Source of the DNA: Pseudomonadota bacterium
GTDB taxonomy: Bacteria > Chloroflexota > Ktedonobacteria > Ktedonobacterales > JADMIN01
NCBI GenBank assembly: GCA_021324535.1
Contig: JAJPIU010000203.1
Location: forward strand, 5,366-69,365
DNA: 64,000 bases
Direction of reading: 5' to 3'
In this document: positions 52,856-60,379 of the stretch, piece by piece
Layout: each line of letters opens with the position of its first letter
How positions within the stretch are numbered: position 1 is the first letter of the stretch
Notes under the pieces: generated by a model
The model's input: the letters and a program-made list of their open reading frames with translations, nothing else
Told to the model about the DNA's origin: nothing
Database searches by the model: none
Program-made: the position numbers and the translations under genes

Positions 52856-54028
52856 CTACTCCCAGATCAACTCTTGCTCGGCAGGATAAACCGCTGGCTG
52901 TTCAGCGAATATGTCATCAGCCGCCTCTTCGACATACTCGCCCGCCGCCCATCGTTCGGCGCGATCCAACGCGCTGACCCAGCGGAAGAACAACGCACTC
53001 AGCACAATGATCAGCGGGATGTCCATCACCAGCCACATGGTCAGCCCGGCCAGTTGTTGGTCGCCCAGTCGGGTGAAGCCCCACAGCAGCGGCGCGTTGT
53101 CATAGGTATGATAGAGAGGCTGCGCCGCGAAGGTGAGAATGGCGCCCAGCGCCATCATGGGCTGCGTGCTGATGAACATATACAGCATACCAAAAAGCGG
53201 TGAGATGCGCTTGGCCACCTCGTTGGCCGGGCTAAGGATCGGCGCCCAATAGAGCAGCGCCGTACCGATGAAGAGCAGATTCATCAGGACATGCAACGGA
53301 TTGTGCGTGCGCGCCAGGGTCGCCAGCGGGGTCAGCGCAGTCACATCCAGCGCGCCCCAGGCAGCCAGCCCAATTACTACAATAATCCCAGCCAGCAAGA
53401 AGAGCGTCTGCGGCCAGCCTGAGGCGCCGTCCTGCAATCTCCTATCTTTGCGCCCTGTGAACAGCATTCCCAATCTGGGCGCGAACATCAGCGCGCCTAG
53501 CAGCAGAACGCCTCCCACCGCCAGATTCTCGATGATCCAGGTCGCCTCGACAACCGGTTGCGGTGGCGTGGCGTCGAACACCGCCGGAATGTGCCAGAGC
53601 CACATATTGGCGTTATACAGCCCAAACGCGACAACCGGATGCGTCAGCCGACGTGTCACATGCCGCGCGGTCTCGCCCCGCACAAGCGAGGTGAGCATCC
53701 AGCCAGGCGTGGCCAGCAGTAGCAGCGGCGGACACACCACAGAGAAAAGCAAATGCTGCATCATGTGCATGGTCAGCGAATAGGTCATGCCCAACGTTTC
53801 GAGCGGCGAGAAGAGGCCAAGCGCCAGCAACGCCATCACACCGAAAAAGAGCGGCGGCTGCCAGCTATGCACAGGCGCGTCAGCTCCCAATCCTCCCAAT
53901 CGTCGGCGCAATGGGCCAAGCGCATAGAGATAGGCTCCCAGGACACCAAGAACGATAACCAGGGTAAGCGGCTCGAAGTTCCAGCTTGCCCATAGGGGAA
54001 TCGGTGTCGCGTTCGCCGCAGGGTTCAT
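52856..54028 (-). CDS. ctaG: Cytochrome c oxidase assembly factor CtaG-like membrane protein (caa3_CtaG family)
   Basis: Polytopic membrane protein with the family-typical MHMMQHLLFSVVCPPLLLLATP motif. It ends 5 nt upstream of the YVTN gene. Confidence 0.75.
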   Translation of the reverse strand: MNPAANATPIPLWASWNFEPLTLVIVLGVLGAYLYALGPLRRRLGGLGADAPVHSWQPPLFFGVMALLALGLFSPLETLGMTYSLTMHMMQHLLFSVVCPPLLLLATPGWMLTSLVRGETARHVTRRLTHPVVAFGLYNANMWLWHIPAVFDATPPQPVVEATWIIENLAVGGVLLLGALMFAPRLGMLFTGRKDRRLQDGASGWPQTLFLLAGIIVVIGLAAWGALDVTALTPLATLARTHNPLHVLMNLLFIGTALLYWAPILSPANEVAKRISPLFGMLYMFISTQPMMALGAILTFAAQPLYHTYDNAPLLWGFTRLGDQQLAGLTMWLVMDIPLIIVLSALFFRWVSALDRAERWAAGEYVEEAADDIFAEQPAVYPAEQELIWE

Positions 54029-54320
54029 GAACTATTGCCTTTTCACATACGTTCGAGGTCTCCCATGAGTGTAACCTGGGAGGCGGATGACTGTCTATCG
54101 GGAAACAGCCGTATTGGACATAAAGCGCCTTCGCCATTTCTACATACTTATCCGCTCTGATACTCCATACTGATCCCGATAGGCGCCATCCCAATCGGGT
54201 ACGCTATGATCATCATGATCGGCGCATGCCACGTATTCGCCCTCTACCTTGCTTGCCTATGGAGGCCAGTATGGACTCCCTATCTTCCAGATCAATGCTC
54301 CTACCATCAAGATACCTGGC

Positions 54321-54341
54321 TGTGACACATCATGTGTCACA
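54321..54341. promoter_or_regulatory. Perfect 10-bp inverted repeat TGTGACACAT-c-ATGTGTCACA, candidate operator
   Basis: Read directly. It lies 14 nt upstream of the GTG at 54355, in the divergent region between ctaG and the three-gene two-component operon. Confidence 0.5.
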
Positions 54342-54354
54342 TAGCAGGAGAAAC

Positions 54355-54975
54355 GTGGCTCTGTCCAATGGCGCAAATCAGCGCCAACCAACTGACCAGC
54401 TAGGGCACGTGCGGAAGGGCTTCTGGGCGCTGCTGGCGCTGACCATCGTCGCGGCGTTTGCCCTGCCGATCAGCGTCTACTACACCACAACGACTACATC
54501 GCTTGTGGCGCATCTCTGCCTGTGGCCCACTGTGCCTGCTGTTGATACGCCCACGCGGCTGATCATTCTGCTTGCGCCTGGACGCGACAGCGCAGACACG
54601 CAAGGCCCCTGGGCGCAGGCAAGCGCGCAGTGGGATATGCTCTCGATGGAGATGGGACAGCAGCGTGCGGCGGTTTCGGGCGCTGACGCCAGTTACGGCA
54701 TATTCGTTCTGCCGCTCTCATTACAGATGGTTGGCTCCTGGCGCGCGACTGTGCGGCTGCAAACGCCTGGCCGTCCCCTCTGGCAGCAAAGCATCCAGTT
54801 CGACGCCCGACCACAGGCCACCCGTAGTAGCCATGCCGCGATCCCATCGCTTCAGGCACTGCTCTCCTACTGCCAATCGCGCCAGCATGCCACAGTTTCC
54901 AGCGCCCTGGCGGCAGGCGCGACGCTCTATGCCTGCGACGCCAGGGCATGGCCTGAACGTGGAGGTGGTGTATGA
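54355..54975 (+). CDS. Membrane-anchored YtkA/FixH-like domain protein, first gene of the two-component operon
   Basis: One TM segment (FWALLALTIVAAFALPISVYY), then a domain with WDMLSMEMGQQ...GIFVLPLSLQMVGSWRATVRL. That domain is paralogous to the C-termini of the CopCD fusion and SCO proteins in this window. The ORF is open from 54226, but the GTG at 54355 after AGGAGA is preferred. Its stop overlaps the kinase start. Confidence 0.6.
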   Translation: MALSNGANQRQPTDQLGHVRKGFWALLALTIVAAFALPISVYYTTTTTSLVAHLCLWPTVPAVDTPTRLIILLAPGRDSADTQGPWAQASAQWDMLSMEMGQQRAAVSGADASYGIFVLPLSLQMVGSWRATVRLQTPGRPLWQQSIQFDARPQATRSSHAAIPSLQALLSYCQSRQHATVSSALAAGATLYACDARAWPERGGGV

Positions 54976-56192
54976 GCGCGGCGCCAATGCAGGAATCCTT
55001 CCGGCCCCATCTGCTTGCCATCAAAAGATTGCTTGCCACGCTACGAAGATACAGCGAGCGTGCGTTGGCAAGGCTGCGGTTCTCCACATTTGAGAAGGCG
55101 ATTCTGGCGAACAGCGTGATCATCCTGCTGGGAACGGCGGCGGGCTGGTGGATCACACAACACAATCCCGAAGCCTATCATTATGTGATTGATACCACGT
55201 TTATCGCGCTGGTGGCGCTGGCAGGCGTCGTCGTCAACTTCGCGCTGTTGCGCGCGGCGTTTGGGCCGTTACGCGCCGTGCTGGCGACCATCCGCACGGT
55301 GGAGGAAGGCGAGATGGATGCGCGCGTGGAGAGCGTCGGCAGCGATCCCGATGCAGAAACGCTGGCACGCGCCTTCAACGATATGCTCGACCGGCTGGCG
55401 CGGGCGCGCGATGAAACAGTAGCGCGCGAACTACGCGCGCAAGAGGCGGAGCGTAGACGCCTGGCGCTGGAATTGCACGACCAGACGGGCCAAAGCCTGA
55501 CAGCGATGGCGCTCCATGCGCAAGCCATCGCACAACGATTGGCGGGCGAAACAAGCGTCGCCTCGCGGCAAGCGCGCGCGCAGGCTGAGCAATTGGCGAC
55601 GCTGGCTGAGCGTACCCTGGCCGAAACACAGGCGCTCTCGCACCAGTTGCGTCCCTCGCTGCTGGATGATCTTGGCCTGGCGGCGGCGTTGCGCTGGCTG
55701 GCAGACGACGCCAACGCACGCCTGGGCATCAAGGTGTGCGCTGAGGTAGATAAAATGGATGTTGAGGCGCTCACCAAGACGCGCCTGCCTGACGAGATCG
55801 AGACGGCGATGTTTCGCATCGCACAGGAAAGCCTGACCAACGCCGTCAAGCATGGCATGGCCCGGCATGCGACGATCATCCTGCGCCAGACACGCGATAG
55901 CCTCACACTGACCATTACTGACGACGGCCAGGGATTCGACCCCGCACGGATGGGAGCCGCTGCCTCACATGCAGTCTCTATGCAGCCACAAGGGATCGGC
56001 CTGGCGGGTATGCGCGAACGTGCGCGACTGGCGGGAGGCGCATTGATGATATGCCCGGCGCCGGAGCACGGTTGCCAGGTGCGCGTCAGCATTCCGTTGG
56101 GCATGGAACCTTCATCAGTGGAAGTGGGCCATGAGGCGGCAAGCTGTCAAAGAGCGCATAGTCCCATACATAAGCAGGAGGCGCCGGTATGA
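54972..56192 (+). CDS. Sensor histidine kinase (HisKA_3/NarL-partner type), intramembrane-sensing architecture
   Basis: Two TM helices separated by only about 11 aa (TQHNPEAYHYV), a HAMP-like linker, the H-box ELHDQTGQSLTAMALH, and a HATPase domain (N-box SLTNAVKHG, GIGLAGMRER). Confidence 0.9.
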   Translation: MSAAPMQESFRPHLLAIKRLLATLRRYSERALARLRFSTFEKAILANSVIILLGTAAGWWITQHNPEAYHYVIDTTFIALVALAGVVVNFALLRAAFGPLRAVLATIRTVEEGEMDARVESVGSDPDAETLARAFNDMLDRLARARDETVARELRAQEAERRRLALELHDQTGQSLTAMALHAQAIAQRLAGETSVASRQARAQAEQLATLAERTLAETQALSHQLRPSLLDDLGLAAALRWLADDANARLGIKVCAEVDKMDVEALTKTRLPDEIETAMFRIAQESLTNAVKHGMARHATIILRQTRDSLTLTITDDGQGFDPARMGAAASHAVSMQPQGIGLAGMRERARLAGGALMICPAPEHGCQVRVSIPLGMEPSSVEVGHEAASCQRAHSPIHKQEAPV

Positions 56193-56956
56193 CGACGGAC
56201 GCACAATCAAGCGGTGGGATCATCCGGGTGCTGCTAGCCGATGATCACGACATACTGCGCGACGGTTTGCGGGCGCTGCTCGACCTTGCCGACGACATCG
56301 AGGTGGTAGGCGAGGCGCGCACCGGCGGCGAGGCGGTCGCTGAGGCGGCGCGTCTGCGCCCGCATGTCGCGTTGGTGGATATCAGCATGCCGGAGATGGA
56401 TGGCGTGGAGGCGTGTCGGCGTATCCGACAGCAGGCGCCGGAAACGCGCGTGCTCTTTCTCACCATGCACGAGGCCGAGGAATATTTCTTCCAGGCACTA
56501 TGCGCGGGGGCCGCTGGCTATATCATCAAGCGCACTGCCTCGGCGGAGTTGCTGGCGGCGATACGCGCGGTGGCGCGCGGCGAGTCGTTCCTTTCGCCAG
56601 GAATGACGCAGGCGCTTGTCAACGCCTATATAGATCGCCGGTCGCCGCATCAGCGCGCCGAGGCGGCTCAAACAATCGGCGGCAAGGGCCAGAGCGCCCA
56701 AGACACCCACATGGGAAACGCACAACAGCCGGTCAATCAGTTCGACCGCTATGCGACCCTGACTCCGCGTGAACGCGAGGTGTTGCAACTGGTGGGCGAA
56801 GGCTACACCAACCAGGAGATCGCCGACCGGCTAGGATTGAGCGTGAAAACGGTGCAGACACACCGCGCCGCCGTGATGGAAAAGCTCGGACTGCGCGACG
56901 TGACACATCTTGTGCGCTACGCCGTGCGGCGTGGTCTGGTTGACCCTGAACGCTGA
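56189..56956 (+). CDS. NarL/LuxR-family response regulator
   Basis: Receiver domain (RVLLADDHD...VALVDISMPEMDG...), a long linker, and the LuxR HTH (LTPREREVLQLVGEGYTNQEIADRLGLSVKTVQTHRAAVMEKLG). 4-nt overlap with the kinase gene. Confidence 0.9.
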   Translation: MTTDAQSSGGIIRVLLADDHDILRDGLRALLDLADDIEVVGEARTGGEAVAEAARLRPHVALVDISMPEMDGVEACRRIRQQAPETRVLFLTMHEAEEYFFQALCAGAAGYIIKRTASAELLAAIRAVARGESFLSPGMTQALVNAYIDRRSPHQRAEAAQTIGGKGQSAQDTHMGNAQQPVNQFDRYATLTPREREVLQLVGEGYTNQEIADRLGLSVKTVQTHRAAVMEKLGLRDVTHLVRYAVRRGLVDPER

Positions 56957-57077
56957 AAGATGGCGCCTCCATACATACATGCTCGTAATTGGGTAGTCTT
57001 CCCCGTGGAAAAATCGGGAAGTAGCCCGATACCAACACGCCAACGAAACGCCTATGCTACCAATGCGCAGCGCGTGT

Positions 57078-57101
57078 ATATCCACATATCCACATATCCA
57101 T
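57078..57101. repeat. 3 x 8-bp tandem repeat ATATCCAC (third copy ATATCCAT) upstream of copC
   Basis: Read directly, flanked by GTGTA...TACAC, about 70 nt upstream of the copC start. Confidence 0.85.
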
Positions 57102-57170
57102 ACACGAAGCGCATGGCTCCCAAAGGGGAGCGCGTTCCATCGTTGATAATCCCAGGAGGACAGTACCCGT

Positions 57171-57839
57171 ATGCTTCGTCTGCTTCATTATTTTATCCTA
57201 CGCGCACAGCGGATGGGATTGAAGGCGCTGGCCGGAGCAGGTCTGGCGCTGCTGGCAGCATTACTGATCTCGCCAGCCATCATTCAAGCTGCCCCGGCGC
57301 AGAACGTCAGCCCCAAGGTGGCTTTTCACGCCTACTATACCGGCTCGGTTCCCAAAGCCAACGCGATCCTCAAGACGGCTCCGACGCAGGTGATCGTTCA
57401 TTTTGCAGAGAATGTCAATCCTCAGGGGAGTGACGTGATTGTCTACGGCTCCAAGGGCGATCAGGTCAGCACGGCTCCTGCCCAGGTTGACCGCGCCGAC
57501 CTGAAGACAATGACTGTCCCAATGAAGGGCGACGGATCGGAAATCTACTTTGTTGTGTGGCATACTGTCTCCGCTGACGACGGCGACCCCGACATCGGTG
57601 GCTTCAACTTCCTGGTCAACGCCGATGCAAGCTCTGTGCAAGCAGTGCAATCGGCCAATGGCACAGGAAGCAACACCACCGCGACGAACACATCTTCTTC
57701 GTCAGGGACACCGATCTGGCTGACGATCCTGATCGCCATTGCGGCGCTGCTCGTGGGGGCTGGCGCGCTCTACTTCGCGCAACGTTCAGGCTGGGCGCCG
57801 ACGCCTGGAGGCGGACCGGCGACAGCGAAGGCAAAATGA
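57171..57839 (+). CDS. copC: CopC-domain copper-binding protein with C-terminal TM anchor
   Basis: Signal peptide, then HAYYTGSVPKANAILKTAPTQVIVHFAENVNP...VVWHTVSADDGDPDIGGFNFLV (CopC/YobA pattern with N-terminal His), an S/T-rich linker and a TM segment. Confidence 0.8.
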   Translation: MLRLLHYFILRAQRMGLKALAGAGLALLAALLISPAIIQAAPAQNVSPKVAFHAYYTGSVPKANAILKTAPTQVIVHFAENVNPQGSDVIVYGSKGDQVSTAPAQVDRADLKTMTVPMKGDGSEIYFVVWHTVSADDGDPDIGGFNFLVNADASSVQAVQSANGTGSNTTATNTSSSSGTPIWLTILIAIAALLVGAGALYFAQRSGWAPTPGGGPATAKAK

Positions 57840-57902
57840 GAACCACTGAACCTGCCTGCGCTACAATACAATACGAATTGTAACTGTGGGGGTACTCTTT
57901 AC

Positions 57903-60350
57903 ATGGAAGGCGAACCAACAAGGGAGGATAGCGTGAGCAGGAGGAGAGAGCGGCAAACGGGATGCGACGCGACGCATACATTAGGGAAGCGCCCATACCG
58001 CCTGTGGCGCTCTGCGCTCATGCCGCTCACTGTCCTGTTGGCTGCTCTCATGCTGGGCGCCGGTTTGCTTCCTGGCACAACGCCAATCGCGCTGGCTGCT
58101 CCTCTGACAACCAACGTGCCACAGCATCCAACCACTGCGCTGCATGCGTTGCCGGTGCGCGAAGACCCGCCTGCCGACGCGATTCTTCAGGCGCCACCCT
58201 CGCAGGTGCGGATGTGGTTTAGCGAAGACCTCAACCCACTGACCTCGAAGATTGTCGTGGTCTCTACGACGAACCACGAGGTTGACCTGGGCGACAGCCA
58301 TGTGGTGGCTGACAACCCACGCGAGATGATCGTCTCGCTGCCGCTGCTGAGCGCAGGAACCTATGTGGTCGTCTGGCGCACGCAATCCGCTGAAGATGGC
58401 CATATCGTCAGCGGCTCGTATATCTTCCGCATCGCCCGGCCAGATGGCAGCGTGCCACCCATCCCGAAGGTGCTGCCCACCTCGCATATCATCGGTGGTG
58501 GGCAGGCGCTCGCCACTGGCACACTGGATGGCCCTACCACCGTCCAGGCGATTATGACGTGGCTGGCGCTGCTCTTCATGGTCTTCTGGGTGGGCGGCGT
58601 CATCTGGGAGACATGGATACTTGCCCCCAGGCTGCAAACCGATCCCGATCTTCGGGCGGCGGCTCAGGCGGCTGTCGCGCGCTTCCGCACTTTGGCCCCC
58701 TATGTGCTGGCCGCGTTGCTTGTCGCGGACGTGGGGATCATCCTGGCGGAGGCCGCCGAGCTGGCTGGCGACTGGTCGGGCGCGTTCTCGCCAATATTGC
58801 TGCGGGCGATCATCTTTGGCAGCCGCTACGGCCTCTTCTGGTGGATGCGCCAGCTTGTGGCGCTCGCTGCGCTTGCCGCCACGCTGCTGATTCGCCCTCC
58901 CGTCGAGACAACAGGCGCTGAAGCGGACGAGGAACAGGCAAGTGAAATGCCATCCCATCCCATCTTCAGCGCCGGAGACGAGACCGCGACCCAGGCGATC
59001 CCTGACTGGCGGCGCGAACTGGTGAAAACGCTTCGCGACATACCACAACTTCCCCGGCAGCTCTGGCGCGGGTTGCGGGCGCGCTCTGGCGAGGGAGTTT
59101 TGTCACTGCTGTTGGGCGCCGCGCTGATCGCCGCCTTTGCGCTCTCTGGCCATGCCGCCGCCGTCAGCGCCTCTGAACTTGGCTACGCGCTCAGCGTGGA
59201 TATATTCCATCTGATCGCCACCACCGCCTGGCTGGGCGGACTGCTCTATATCGCGGTTGTGCTACTGCCGGCATTGCGTGGGCTGACCTCATATCAGCGG
59301 GCGCGTGTGGTGGCGCTTGGCCTGCCACAGTTTGGCGCGCTGGCGCTGGTCTGCGCGGTTCTGCTTGCGGCCACCGGCTCGCTCAACACGGCGATCCACC
59401 TGACCTCCATCGAGCAATTCTTCACAACGACCTATGGCCGCACACTGGCCGTCAAGATCGAACTCTTCCTGATCATGGCGGCAATCAGCGCCTACCATGC
59501 GTTCTTCCTGCGGCCACGGCTGGCGCACGTCCTGACAGAGGAAACTTCCTCGCCCGGCAAACCTGATGCAGGTTCACAACGCAAGCGGTATAATGAGCCT
59601 CAGGGGGAAACGCCGAGGCAGCGACGCAGCCCAGCGAGCGGTGAGCGGGCAAAGCGAAATGTAGCGCCGACCAGCGGCAAAAACGCGCTTGCCATTGCAG
59701 GAGCCACCGGTTCAGGCTCATACGGCCTGCGCATGGGACGAATGGGACGAATGGGCACGACAAGTTCCATAAACGCTGCCCACCAGGCAAACGGTCATGC
59801 GCGCCAGAACGATTCCCAGGCAGAGCCAACTTCGTCCAATGACGACGCCAGCCAGGGGTCATCTTCGGCGCAACGGTTGACGCATGCGATAGAAGATTGG
59901 CTGCGGCGTGAAGCCACCCTGGGAGTTGGCGTATTACTCTGTGTGGCGTTGTTGGGCGCCTTCGCCGGTTCACTCTATTCGCTGCCATTGGCGCCTTCCG
60001 CCCATTCGTCGGGAGCCTTCACGCAGATGAAAACGGCTGGCGGCTATCATATCTCACTGACCGTCACGCCCGACGCCTTTGGAACCAACACCTTTAACGT
60101 GACGCTGACGAACACACAGGGGCAGCCGGTCAATGGGGCGGCCGTCCTGATTCAGACGAACGATCTGGATATGGATATGGGCGTGCAGAGCGCACAATTG
60201 AAAGCGGTGGGAGCGTCGTCGCCAGGAGTCTACTCCGGGCAGAGTGATCTGACGATGGCGGGCCACTGGCAGATCACCGTGAAGGTGTTGCCGCCCGGCA
60301 GTCAACAATTCGTCATCACATCATTTAAGCTGACGGCGACGTATTCTTGA
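57903..60350 (+). CDS. CopC-CopD fusion copper transport/resistance protein with C-terminal YtkA-like domain (YcnJ-like)
   Basis: N-terminal CopC (HALPVREDPPADAILQAPPSQVRMWFSE...VVWRTQSAEDGHIVSGSYIFRI), an 8-10 TM CopD core, a disordered linker, and a C-terminal domain (LDMDMGVQ...GVYSGQSDLTMAGHWQITVKV). The start is uncertain (57903, GTG 57933 or ATG 58020). Confidence 0.85.
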   Translation: MEGEPTREDSVSRRRERQTGCDATHTLGKRPYRLWRSALMPLTVLLAALMLGAGLLPGTTPIALAAPLTTNVPQHPTTALHALPVREDPPADAILQAPPSQVRMWFSEDLNPLTSKIVVVSTTNHEVDLGDSHVVADNPREMIVSLPLLSAGTYVVVWRTQSAEDGHIVSGSYIFRIARPDGSVPPIPKVLPTSHIIGGGQALATGTLDGPTTVQAIMTWLALLFMVFWVGGVIWETWILAPRLQTDPDLRAAAQAAVARFRTLAPYVLAALLVADVGIILAEAAELAGDWSGAFSPILLRAIIFGSRYGLFWWMRQLVALAALAATLLIRPPVETTGAEADEEQASEMPSHPIFSAGDETATQAIPDWRRELVKTLRDIPQLPRQLWRGLRARSGEGVLSLLLGAALIAAFALSGHAAAVSASELGYALSVDIFHLIATTAWLGGLLYIAVVLLPALRGLTSYQRARVVALGLPQFGALALVCAVLLAATGSLNTAIHLTSIEQFFTTTYGRTLAVKIELFLIMAAISAYHAFFLRPRLAHVLTEETSSPGKPDAGSQRKRYNEPQGETPRQRRSPASGERAKRNVAPTSGKNALAIAGATGSGSYGLRMGRMGRMGTTSSINAAHQANGHARQNDSQAEPTSSNDDASQGSSSAQRLTHAIEDWLRREATLGVGVLLCVALLGAFAGSLYSLPLAPSAHSSGAFTQMKTAGGYHISLTVTPDAFGTNTFNVTLTNTQGQPVNGAAVLIQTNDLDMDMGVQSAQLKAVGASSPGVYSGQSDLTMAGHWQITVKVLPPGSQQFVITSFKLTATYS

Positions 60351-60379
60351 GGCATTTCGCAGCATAGGGGAGAAAAACA

